Shown here: piece after piece, positions 12,800 to 22,665 of the stretch
Layout of the letters: the number at the start of each line of letters is the position of its first letter
How positions within the stretch are numbered: position 1 is the first letter of the stretch
Origin: Schmidtea nova
Lineage: Eukaryota
DNA length: 64,000 nucleotides
Direction: 5' to 3'
Assembly: GCA_044892505.1 (NCBI GenBank)
Contig: CM097883.1
Span: forward strand, 284,890,001-284,954,000
The notes under the pieces: model-generated
What the model saw: the letters and a program-made list of their open reading frames with translations, nothing else
What the model was told of the DNA's origin: nothing
Databases searched by the model: none
Translations under genes and position numbers: made by a program

Positions 12800-13216
12800 A
12801 TGCCAGCACGTAAATCAACTTATGATATCAGTGAAGAAAGAAAAATCAATAATGAAGTGAAACCAGTGCAAATGTATTACGATTACAAAATTTATTTCTT
12901 GGTACAAGAAATACCGTTTCGTTTGTCGTATCCAGTGAAATTAACAAAGTCATTGTATGACAATTTAGCTGCAAATCTATGTAAAGAAGATGTTGTTGCA
13001 CTAAATAAAATTTTATTTAAAATCAATAACAATTTAAGTTGCAAGGAAACTATATGGATCAACAACCGGAAAACTCGTTTCCATGATGCCTTCCAATCTA
13101 TCGAATACAAGGATCAAGAAAATTGGTTTATTACCATAATCATTCAGGGATATAAAATCGATACAAAAGATGTTATAACTCCAATTTGGAGAATTGACAG
13201 TGCACGATATGCATAA
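12800..13216 (+). CDS. Foldback-arm hypothetical protein ORF138, right copy
   Basis: Intact ORF with the same translation as 1572-1988. Confidence 0.7.
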   Translation: MPARKSTYDISEERKINNEVKPVQMYYDYKIYFLVQEIPFRLSYPVKLTKSLYDNLAANLCKEDVVALNKILFKINNNLSCKETIWINNRKTRFHDAFQSIEYKDQENWFITIIIQGYKIDTKDVITPIWRIDSARYA

Positions 13217-13800
13217 TTGTTATTTTATAAATGTTATATTCTGCTGGGATTATGGGTGGGTTTTAAGTAATTCAGGTAAATCATTAATCATTACTGAACG
13301 GCTAGTGATGAGTACTTATACTAGGGATTCCACGCCCATAACCATACATAACATGACTACTACACGCGTATGCCCTTGACTATTCCCTACTAGTCAAGTT
13401 GGTACTGCATACGGTGGTGGAAAAATGATGGGCAGGTGAGCTTTGTTGCCAAAACTACTCCCCATTTATCTTCCCGCGGGTCCTTGCTGCCGATAGAAGG
13501 TCTTACGCATTTACATTCTATGGATGTTCGTTTCTTACTGCATTTTATACTACATATCCTTATGATCTATCATACGCTTTTCCCAATGACTTTCCTTAAT
13601 GAATCTACAATGTAATTAATCAGTCCCTGCGTAGAAACGGTCGGTTTGAGAAAATTACGGATGCGATTTTCTATTTCGATGATTTCAGTGTTGTTAATTT
13701 AATTTTATTTAGTAACCTCGCCCGATGAGAGACAAAATTTACACAGAAAATACTTTTATTAAAATACTAAAACAGGTTGTTATTTTACATGGATGTTTTC

Positions 13801-14385
13801 CTAAGCGAATTCCAGACTAATCTCCTGAATCAACTCCGCTTCGGTTAAGGAGTTCAAGTGGTGGATTTGTTCGTCCAGGCGCTTCGCAAATTCTCGGCGA
13901 CGACGACGCTGTCGCGATCCCATTCGATGTTTTCGAAGCTGTTGGTTTATGACCGGCGCTGACGCTATTGTTCTCGGGGGATCACTGAGAAAAATAGGCA
14001 AATCTTCCGTTGCGAGAGTGGGGGTCATGATGATTCCCTCTTCCGTCCCGCAAGCGACATCTTGGTGAGTGCATTGTATCCAGCGCTGAGCCGTGATCGG
14101 CCGGATTAGCGCTCGCAATTCGGAGTCGATGTAACTTCTTGTTACTGCGTTCAGGCAATTTCGTAGTTCTCTCTGGACAGCGTCTAGTTCCAATTTAGTT
14201 GCGGCCAGTGCTTCCTGCATTCGCTCAAGTTTTTTCGACTGGTCCTTCATTTGTTCGGGCGAGAACCACTTCGCTCTCAATTCATCATTGGCGACCGTGA
14301 GTCGCTTGATCTGTCGCTGCTGGTCCCTCAACTTCCTCTCTTGGATTTGTCCCATGATTTTCTTGGAATTTTCTGAAGTCGGCAT
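13801..14385 (-). CDS. LTR-encoded coiled-coil protein (194 aa) with an Arg-rich NLS-like motif
   Basis: ATG in a CAACATG context, AATAAA downstream, motif RQRRRRREF; same translation at 39014-39598. Confidence 0.6.
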   Translation of the reverse strand: MPTSENSKKIMGQIQERKLRDQQRQIKRLTVANDELRAKWFSPEQMKDQSKKLERMQEALAATKLELDAVQRELRNCLNAVTRSYIDSELRALIRPITAQRWIQCTHQDVACGTEEGIIMTPTLATEDLPIFLSDPPRTIASAPVINQQLRKHRMGSRQRRRRREFAKRLDEQIHHLNSLTEAELIQEISLEFA

Positions 14386-14714
14386 GTTGTCTGAATATTA
14401 TAACCATAAATTCGCTGGAGGACCTATCAACAATGATATTTTATTTAGTCTATTATTTACTATCATTAAACGAGATGCATACTAATGTTTTTAATTATTA
14501 AGTTTGTTGCAAAATTAATTAACTATCTAATTATTGAAGGCTCAAAAATTTTATTGAACTAATTTGAGATTATTAAATGAAATTCCTAATGACTATAACA
14601 ACTACAATACTGGATATTAATAAATCTACATTACGACACTATTAACAAAATGAGACACTTCAGAAATTTTTTAAAACATTTATTAAATTCAAAAATAGGT
14701 GGCCATTTATTCAA

Positions 14715-15191
14715 TTATCCATCTTCGGTCATTTTTCCCCGATACGAAAATATCGATTTAATTTGCAAATTTGTGTGGATCCCTGGGCTATTGGACGAGG
14801 CTTGCTGGAAGCGGATTCTCTCAGCTTCTCGAAGGGGTCGTATGGCTGTATTGAACTTGAACCCCAATTCCTTGAAGGTAGAGGCTGGAATGAACCCCCA
14901 ATAAATGACACATTTCGGGAATCCACCTTTGTCCAACATCAGGATGAACCAGGCGGCGTGCCATGATTCGAATTCCTCGTCTGGAATGATTGGCCAACTA
15001 GCGCATCCCCGGTACCATACGTGATGCCGTGGATGGTCCCATACTGTAAATGGACAGGCGGTTTCAAGCTCTCGGCGCCATGCCCACATTTTTTGATGGA
15101 TTTGTTGTAAAATTTCGAAAGGAGCCGGCTTTAATGGGCTAACTCGGGCTCGTTCTTGTCGCTTTTTGATAGTGTATCTATGTTTAGTCAT
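14715..15191 (-). CDS. LTR-encoded hypothetical protein (158 aa, Trp-rich)
   Basis: GC-richer than its flanks, AATAAA directly after the stop; same translation at 39928-40404. Confidence 0.55.
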   Translation of the reverse strand: MTKHRYTIKKRQERARVSPLKPAPFEILQQIHQKMWAWRRELETACPFTVWDHPRHHVWYRGCASWPIIPDEEFESWHAAWFILMLDKGGFPKCVIYWGFIPASTFKELGFKFNTAIRPLREAERIRFQQASSNSPGIHTNLQIKSIFSYRGKMTEDG

Positions 15192-16786
15192 GATTCTAAA
15201 ACGATGCTACATTTTATAATAGTTACAATTTACATCAATAATTAATCATAGTAAATGTTATCTCTCATCGTGATACCCTTATTATTTGCCTTCCCCTTAG
15301 ACCTTAGCTGAAATCAAGAAAAAACTGTTGCTTGTTACGGTATACATTACTCTCGTATCTACTTAGATTTATCTGTTTACGATCAATTTTATAGTCGAAA
15401 AAAAGGGTGATTTGTCTGCTTGGATTTTTAAGATATTGATACCTCAAAACGGAAGTTCTCTCACGTCATGTATCCCTAGCTTATTCGAAAACGCTCTTTT
15501 GTATCAAATGCGGTCGACATAAATTTTCTAAGGTTTATTAGATGTTTATCTAGCAGCTGTGCTGCGGTGAGGGGGAACAATTTGTGCCTCCTCACGGTTA
15601 AAAAATTCTTTCATATCTTTAAGCTTTATCGAAAAATTATCGTCCCCTCTGTAGCTAAATTGATCGGAAAATAATTCCCCGGATTTGTTGGGTGTCCCAT
15701 GTGCAAATCTCATCCATCACTAACAAAATTATGTTTTGTTATTTATTACTTTACCGTGTGTGGAGCCCTCGAGCACCACGCCACGGACGGACACCTTGGG
15801 AACCTAAAGCTCCCAACGGCGCAAGATTAATATGCTAGGTTAAATAGTTTAAATATAACATAAATCATAATGAGACAAATAATAAATTATAATATGATAA
15901 TGACATATGAATACAGCGATATCAAATAATAAACGTAAATATACCAAAAATACCTCAATTGAATTCTGAAAATTTATTGATCAAAATCGGTCTAAACGGT
16001 GATCGTCGTCGGGGCAATGTGCAATCTAATGTAAATTTTTAGTCTGAACACAAGTCTAAATTTTTGTCTCAAACAAAGTCACAAGTCTACAATCTATATT
16101 CTAACAAAGTCTAAGTTTTTACACAGTCTAACAACGTCTCTATTCTACCAAAGTCTGATTTTATGAGAAATCTGATCAGTATTTATACTGATCAGTCGTG
16201 TCTAGACTGACCAATCAGGTTTGGCCAGTTTCATGGTGGTTTTTAATTATTGTTTTTGATTCTAATTAATTTTTATTTTTTAGATTGTATTCTTCCTTGG
16301 AGGTCCGGGTTTCAAAAACAATTATTCAATAACAAGTACTTTTATTTGGTTTTAATTATTATTATTTGTATTTTATTTGTTTTTAGATGTCTCCTGGGCC
16401 CGTTAATATCTATAAATTCATTTATTTTTATTTATAGCTTGTACTTAGTTATTCTATATTTTTACTATATTATTCCTTTCTTTTAATAAATAAATATTCC
16501 CCTTTTTACCTTATTTTTCTCTTTTTTGTTTTAATTAATCTACTTTTATTTCACTGTTCCCTCTATTTGGCTGGCCCAACATCACTCGGGGACCCCTAAA
16601 ATTGCGTCCCGCAATTAATTATACATTTACACCTATATCATCATACATAAAAATTAAGCAGATAAATGTCAATTTACATATACACAAAGAATCACATAAG
16701 GTGATAAGTTTTTATACTTAAGCACAAAGTCATATTATTGTTAATTGTACGTGGATCATACATAAAGTGAATGTAATTTATCAGTT

Positions 16787-17359
16787 TTACACAAGCTCTT
16801 TGATTTCATGATTGGTATTGGATTGGATTGGGGTTCTTTCGCTGATTGTTCGTAGTTCGTAGTGGCTTTGGATTCGGTTTAGGTGTTTTCCCATTGGCTT
16901 TTGGGTTCTGCTGTCTTGTATTGTTGTTCGATTCAGGATGACTTGTTTTTGTTTTAGGATCTTCACTCGGTATGATGTTATGAGGATTGTGATCGCGATA
17001 ATGGTCACGCTGAGTGCAAGGATTATTATAATTGCGATGATCCATTTTTCTTGATATTCTATCTCTGCTTGGGCTAAGCTTTTTATGGGTTCTCGACCTT
17101 CTTTTAGGGTTTTTCTGATTGTTTTCAATTTGATTCGATGTTCATATAGGACCTGTTGAAATTTTCCATCGTTTGGGTTGTCTGATGTTATCTGTTGAAG
17201 TTGGGTGATTTCTTGTGTTGCTTCGCTGATTAGTTTATCCAGCTCTTGATAGGTTTTCTCGGGTAGGGCTCGTAGCTCCTTCTCTGTGAGTTGAAGATCT
17301 TCTCTTTGTAGGGTGATTGTTATTAGGTATAGGAATATCGGTATTCTGAGCTTTTTCAT
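16787..17359 (-). CDS. Small type I membrane protein (190 aa)
   Basis: Signal-like MKKLRIPIFLYLITITLQ, helical ectodomain, TM segment WIIAIIIILALSVTIIAITILI, basic tail. Confidence 0.65.
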   Translation of the reverse strand: MKKLRIPIFLYLITITLQREDLQLTEKELRALPEKTYQELDKLISEATQEITQLQQITSDNPNDGKFQQVLYEHRIKLKTIRKTLKEGREPIKSLAQAEIEYQEKWIIAIIIILALSVTIIAITILITSYRVKILKQKQVILNRTTIQDSRTQKPMGKHLNRIQSHYELRTISERTPIQSNTNHEIKELV

Positions 17360-17441
17360 ACTGTTTTCTTTACAGATAGATCAATACAATTTGACACTAC
17401 ATTTCATACAATTATTTACAAAAATATATTTTCCGCTTTAT

Positions 17442-18503
17442 TTACACAATCGTCTCGTTTGGTTCGTAGAAACCTTCGTCCTGAGGTTCTACCTGGTTCG
17501 TGGGGAGTGGTATCCAAACAACCCTGCTCCTCCACATTTCGACTTCATCTCGATACATGTGAGATATCTGGATCTCCTCGTCCAGCAAATATTCTAGGTA
17601 ATTTGCTTGTTCTGTTAATGTTTCTATTTGCTTCTCTAATTCGATTACTTTTGTCTTTTGTTCGTCTTCCTTCATCATTTTTGTTACGGCTGCCGTTATA
17701 CTTGCTTCTTTGGGTATTACTGATACTGTTACTCGTTTCTGTTTCAATTCTTCGTTTTCTTTCATCAAATTCGTTAAATTTTCCTCATAACTTTGTTTCT
17801 CTTCCTTTAACCTTTCTCTGGTTCTTTTTAGCTCTATTTTCTTCTGGGTAATCACTCCTTGGTAACCATTTATATCTCTCTTCATCTCTTCTTCTTTCTG
17901 ATTCCATATTCCGGTGAGCATAGTTTTCAGTTGTTCTTGATTAGCTAGTTCTTCTCCCATTCTTTGAACTTGATAGGTTAGTCCTTTAATTTTCTTTGCT
18001 TGTTCCCGGATAAATTGCTGTCTTTTTGTATTCCATCTTTTATTTAACACTTCCTGGTTGATTTTCTGCTCTAATTCGTCTTTTAGTTCATCGATCTCTT
18101 TATATAATTTCCAGTCATCACTATAAGCTGTCCTTTCTATTATTTCTCTAGCTTTTTCGTAAGATTCTTTCGCTTCTTTCTTCCAGTATCTTGCTTGTTC
18201 TGTAATCGAATACATCTTGTGTTCGGCTTCCATCTGCTGTCTGTCTCTTTCCTCTCGTCGCTCTTTCATCATTCTCTGATAATATTCCTTTTGTTGTTGT
18301 AGCATTTTGTATACTTCTTCTATTTTTTCTCGATTTCTTTGACTTGATCTTTCCGCTTCTTTTAATAATTCGGCTTGTCTCTCTATCTCCTCTTGCTTTC
18401 CATAATATGCATTGACCCATATTTCAATCTGTTCTAGATGATCGCTAATCGCTTCTGCTTGATGCATCGTAATTTCCTGTAAGCATACTTCGATATTTCC
18501 CAT
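17442..18503 (-). CDS. Coiled-coil protein (353 aa), unknown function
   Basis: Long E/K/Q/R-rich heptad ORF on the element's coding strand, with a possible N-myristoylation start (MG). Confidence 0.65.
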   Translation of the reverse strand: MGNIEVCLQEITMHQAEAISDHLEQIEIWVNAYYGKQEEIERQAELLKEAERSSQRNREKIEEVYKMLQQQKEYYQRMMKERREERDRQQMEAEHKMYSITEQARYWKKEAKESYEKAREIIERTAYSDDWKLYKEIDELKDELEQKINQEVLNKRWNTKRQQFIREQAKKIKGLTYQVQRMGEELANQEQLKTMLTGIWNQKEEEMKRDINGYQGVITQKKIELKRTRERLKEEKQSYEENLTNLMKENEELKQKRVTVSVIPKEASITAAVTKMMKEDEQKTKVIELEKQIETLTEQANYLEYLLDEEIQISHMYRDEVEMWRSRVVWIPLPTNQVEPQDEGFYEPNETIV

Positions 18504-18616
18504 TGCTATAATTTCAGAAAAAAAATTTTAATCGGTTTATATATCAGTTATTTTTGTTTATATAATAATTTTTGGGTATTTAACTGTACATATTATTTAC
18601 ATGATCACTTTTCTTG

Positions 18617-19999
18617 TTACGTCAACCATCCTTTTCTATCCGCTTTCTCATTCCTTTCCATTTCTATGTATAGGGTGTCTGCATATAATCGTTCCCATAG
18701 GCTTTCTTTTGTTATAAACATCGGTTCTCCCGCTGCTAATCCACATTCTGTGGTTGGTTTCTCGCTCGTACTCGCATGTTTCTCTGTCTCAAAGAATTTT
18801 TCCACTGGTTTTGCTACACTTCTGATTCTTATAATGACTCCTACTTTCAAGGGCCATTCTACTAGGTCGTCGTATTCTCCTTTAGATAGCGAGAAAAATA
18901 TTGACACATGTGTTCCTCGTCCTCTTCCGTCTCCATTTGGGTATAGCTTCAATCTCACTTTAGCTCCGTTTCTCCATAAATAAAATGGTGGGCTTATTAC
19001 TGCTGTTTTCGTCATATTTCTGGCCTCTGTTAATTTGTCTCTAAAATCTGTCACTTTCCACACATATGGTGCGATTGGTAACTTTTCCTCGGTATCCTGG
19101 GTGAGTTTGTTGTACTGGATTTTCATTCCTTTAGCCAATTCTTCGATAGCTTTTATCTTTTCCTCCATCTTTTCTCGTGTTAGTTCGAATTGCTCTCTGG
19201 TTTCCAACAGTAGGTTTACCATTATCTTGTGTGACTCTATTTCTCTTTCTAATTTTGTGATTGTTTGTTCGGTTTCTTTTGTTGTTTCGTTTGTCATTTC
19301 CGCATGCTTTAGCAATGCTTCCTCCAGATGTTGTTTCATGGTTTGTTGCGTTCTTTTCTCCATACATCCCTGTTTGTTATAAGGACATTCCCTTGGTTTC
19401 TCCGTGCACACTTTCCAATGTTCTTGTAATTTTACTTCTACCGTTATCTCGCATTCGTTTGAACATATTCCTACATATTGTCTACATACTTTCTCCTCTT
19501 TTACGTTCAGGTGTTCTTCTTCGATCTTTCTCCTCGTTTCTCGAGTTCCACAATATTCGCATAGACTTTCCTCTTCTTTACATTCATCTTTGTGCTGCTC
19601 TTTATTCTTTATAGTTATTTTTTGTTGGCATTTGTTACATTCGGTTCTCTTCTCCTCGCAGTTCTCCAGATGGTTCTCGAGATCGCGTATTTGTCCTTGC
19701 CATATACATGGTTGATTTATACATTCGGTTTTCGTGTTCATGATTTCTCTCTGAGTTGCTCTATCTGGTCCGGTTTCTTCGAATTTTATTTGTCCTTCTT
19801 TGCATTCTGGACATTCTGGTGGTCTTTTCATACTTAACTCGTGTATGCATTTGGTACATACTCTGCATCCGCATAGGGTTTGTCTTGGTTTCAATATTAT
19901 GTTTTTACAATTTACACAAGTGAGTCTCTGACTCCATTTCCTGTTCTCGGCTCTCAAAATTTCGATTATCCGCTCTTCGGCTTTTCCTTCTGTATTCAT
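18617..19999 (-). CDS. TRAF: Full-length intronless TRAF-family protein (RING, TRAF zinc fingers, coiled coil, MATH)
   Basis: RING CVNC...CGCRVCTKC...CPEC; zinc fingers CINQPC...HLENC and CPYNKQGC; MATH YVWKVTDF...SPPFY...LKLYPNGDGRGRGTHVSIFF...GEYDDLVEWP. Confidence 0.92.
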   Translation of the reverse strand: MNTEGKAEERIIEILRAENRKWSQRLTCVNCKNIILKPRQTLCGCRVCTKCIHELSMKRPPECPECKEGQIKFEETGPDRATQREIMNTKTECINQPCIWQGQIRDLENHLENCEEKRTECNKCQQKITIKNKEQHKDECKEEESLCEYCGTRETRRKIEEEHLNVKEEKVCRQYVGICSNECEITVEVKLQEHWKVCTEKPRECPYNKQGCMEKRTQQTMKQHLEEALLKHAEMTNETTKETEQTITKLEREIESHKIMVNLLLETREQFELTREKMEEKIKAIEELAKGMKIQYNKLTQDTEEKLPIAPYVWKVTDFRDKLTEARNMTKTAVISPPFYLWRNGAKVRLKLYPNGDGRGRGTHVSIFFSLSKGEYDDLVEWPLKVGVIIRIRSVAKPVEKFFETEKHASTSEKPTTECGLAAGEPMFITKESLWERLYADTLYIEMERNEKADRKGWLT

Positions 20000-20089
20000 T
20001 CTACAATGATATATACACTTGATTTGTTATCTATTTTTTGATTTTTCTTGTTTTTGTTTTACATATTTACAATTTTTCGCTTTATTTAT

Positions 20090-20446
20090 CTACGGCTCGT
20101 TTGTTGAATCTGGTTCTGGGTCATTTTCTGATCTGTTTATTGCCCAATTTGTCCATCCATCCTCTGCTTCTTCTATCTCTCCCATTGTTAAACGGTCTAT
20201 CTCTATTGCTTGTCTCTGATTTATGTAGCTCATCACTTGATTCTCTCTGGTAAGTTGCGTTATCAATCTCTGTTGCTCCTCGATTCTGTGGAGTTGTTCA
20301 AAACTATTATTATAACTTTCGGATAACAAATTCTGTTTCTCAATTAACTGATTTTGTAGTGAGTTGATTGTTCGTATTAACATGTCACACTGGGCTTTCC
20401 ATCGCATAGCCATAGTAGTTTCTGCTATTTCTTCTTGTTCGTTCAT
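20090..20446 (-). CDS. Short coiled-coil protein (118 aa)
   Basis: ORF on the coding strand bounded by AT-rich spacers, with a heptad pattern. Confidence 0.5.
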   Translation of the reverse strand: MNEQEEIAETTMAMRWKAQCDMLIRTINSLQNQLIEKQNLLSESYNNSFEQLHRIEEQQRLITQLTRENQVMSYINQRQAIEIDRLTMGEIEEAEDGWTNWAINRSENDPEPDSTNEP

Positions 20447-20571
20447 TTTCTAAATTATATACATTAATCGTTTTCTCGATTTCTCTTTTTATATTTTTAT
20501 AATATCGATACCCATACTATTACGGTAATGCATTGTTATTTACACTATTATTTACAGTCATATCCCGCCTC

Positions 20572-22491
20572 CTATATCACCATCACTGTCTTTCCTTCGT
20601 ACCGCTCTTCATCTTCTATTTGTCTCCAAAATTCTTTACCTTTCGTCCTCCTTTGGAATTCTTTCTGTACTTCTTCCGGTAATTCTATACTGTAGTTCAT
20701 AATCTTTATATCTGGCCAATGTGTTATTGGTTTCTTGTTGAATACATCATATATCCATATTATTAATAATACTGTTATTACTGGAATAGTTGCTGCTAGT
20801 ATTCCTAGACCAATTAGTTCTCTAACTTGTTTGTTTACGTCCATCTTCGTAATTTCACTCTGGTTAATCATTGGTCCGTATTGTCCCTTTAGTTTATTTA
20901 GTAGTTGTTCTCGTTCTTGTTGTTTTCTTTTAACTTCTTTAATTACTTCTTCCGGCGTCCATCTTGCGTAAGGGTCTATTACTACTTGTTCCGCGTCCAT
21001 TTGTTTCGTTGTCTGACTTAATTCTTTAAATTCGAGTTTTCTCACTTTCCCTTTGGACGTTGAGTTTACCGGTGTGTAGTATGTTTCGCATCTTTCCTGC
21101 TGATTTCCCAATATGTCCGTCTTTTCTACCGCACATATCTCGTATTCTCTATTAAATTTCAGATTTTTGATACTCATTTCTTCTTTTCCTTTTACGTTTT
21201 CGCAGTATCGTGGCTGTCTTTCTTTTTGTTCCTGAACTACTGCCCAACATATTTCTAACGTTTTATTGTCTATTCTCCATAGTATAAGAGTTGCTGTAGT
21301 ATTCTTTTCGGTTTTTATTTGTATTTCTTGGTTTTTCTGTTGTCCATTAGGTTTAAAAGTAGTGGTATACCTCGTTTTTCCTTTGTTCCGTTGTCTTCTG
21401 CTTTTTCGCGTTGTCTTTCCAATTCTTGTTCTGGTGGGTGTTTTATATATTTTGCATTCCAGTTCATTTACTGTTATTTTGTCGCTTTTCCTAATCAGGC
21501 ATATTTCGTACGTTTGATTGCTTTCTAATCCTTCTATCTGTATTGTGGTTGTTCCTCTGTTTGTTCGACATTGCGGCGGTGTATTCTGGTTTGTTTTCCT
21601 TTCCTGCTTCTTCCAGCATACGCCTTTGACGTCCGGTTCTATTCCGGTTAACTCCAACATTATTGTTGTTCTCCGTTTGGTGCGTATATTTCTTCTTCTT
21701 CTTCTTATGAACTTTATTGCCTCCCCAGGTTGAAATGTTTTACAAATTGTCGTTCCTTTCTTGTGTCTTTCTTTTTCTAGTAAACATAGTTCATACGTCC
21801 TGTCTGCTTTTACTTCTGATATCTTGGTTACTTTATTTGTTTTCCTTTTCCGACTCGTCTTTATTTCGCTTACGCCAATTTCTTCGTTGCTTTTGGCCCA
21901 ACACTTTGGGTTGGTGTTTTGGGTGTCGTTCATCTCTGTTACTGCCATTGTGTCAATGTCTATCCCTTCTTCTAACCGTTTTAACATTGTTAATATGAGT
22001 GCTAAACATAGTAATTCTGTTTGGTAGGTCACTCTTTCAGTTTCATTTGTGGTTACTCTTACTTCGGGCCTGTCTATGGTAATTTGTATAGTTGGCGTTG
22101 TTCGTCTGTCTATTGTCTGAGGTTTCTTGTTTTTTGTTCCTTGTGTCTCTGTTCCTCTACACTTTCCTACGACATAGTCTCCTTTGGATGGCTGCTGTAT
22201 TGTTATGGTTACTTTGGGTGTTAGGTAACTTGCACATGCAATTGTCTTATGTGATCTCGGATCCTTTGGTTTCCGAACGGTGCACATTCTGTACCAAGTA
22301 TCTAGCTCTAGGTCATCGATCTCTATGATTTCTTGTTCGTATTCTGAGATCCTGCAATCCATTGGACTATTTTGTCCCGATATTTTGTCCTTTTTTGACC
22401 AACATACTCGTTCGATTCCTTTTGCGTTTCCAATTTGTATTGTCGCTCTTTCTTCACATATTATTCCTTGAGTGGGACTAATTAAGGTCAT
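20572..22491 (-). CDS. Fibronectin type III-like repeat type I membrane protein (639 aa; frame open upstream to the TAA at 22666-22668)
   Basis: About four repeats ending in IxxLxxxxxYExC; TM segment LIGLGILAATIPVITVLLIIWIY; signal-like PELLLLTVIMTLISPTQG spans the annotated ATG. Confidence 0.65.
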   Translation of the reverse strand: MTLISPTQGIICEERATIQIGNAKGIERVCWSKKDKISGQNSPMDCRISEYEQEIIEIDDLELDTWYRMCTVRKPKDPRSHKTIACASYLTPKVTITIQQPSKGDYVVGKCRGTETQGTKNKKPQTIDRRTTPTIQITIDRPEVRVTTNETERVTYQTELLCLALILTMLKRLEEGIDIDTMAVTEMNDTQNTNPKCWAKSNEEIGVSEIKTSRKRKTNKVTKISEVKADRTYELCLLEKERHKKGTTICKTFQPGEAIKFIRRRRRNIRTKRRTTIMLELTGIEPDVKGVCWKKQERKTNQNTPPQCRTNRGTTTIQIEGLESNQTYEICLIRKSDKITVNELECKIYKTPTRTRIGKTTRKSRRQRNKGKTRYTTTFKPNGQQKNQEIQIKTEKNTTATLILWRIDNKTLEICWAVVQEQKERQPRYCENVKGKEEMSIKNLKFNREYEICAVEKTDILGNQQERCETYYTPVNSTSKGKVRKLEFKELSQTTKQMDAEQVVIDPYARWTPEEVIKEVKRKQQEREQLLNKLKGQYGPMINQSEITKMDVNKQVRELIGLGILAATIPVITVLLIIWIYDVFNKKPITHWPDIKIMNYSIELPEEVQKEFQRRTKGKEFWRQIEDEERYEGKTVMVI

Positions 22492-22665
22492 GATTACCGT
22501 TAGTAATAATAGTTCTGGTTTAAGGAATGGGTTTATTGTTTGTTTGTAGCCTGTTCTTTTTACTTCGTTTTTATTTTTATAGTTGTTGTTTCTTTGTTTC
22601 CCAAATTCATTTTTCTTATCATTTTTCTCTGTGTCCCTTCCTTTCTCTTCACTGTCCTCTTTATC

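Larger units (their letters stand above)
13242..16581 (-). repeat. 3' LTR (3340 bp)
   Basis: Direct repeat of 38455-41794 (offset 25213). By eye I found only three substitutions: 15647/40860, 16158/41371 and 16163/41376. Confidence 0.95.

Noticed and set aside
152-13241. The giant palindrome as a long-read fold-back artefact
   Set aside because: There is an 813-bp unique loop, the arms differ by substitutions and repeat copy number, only one arm carries the LTR element with its own TSD, and the outer TSD restores the integrase frame. Read-level confirmation is still advisable.
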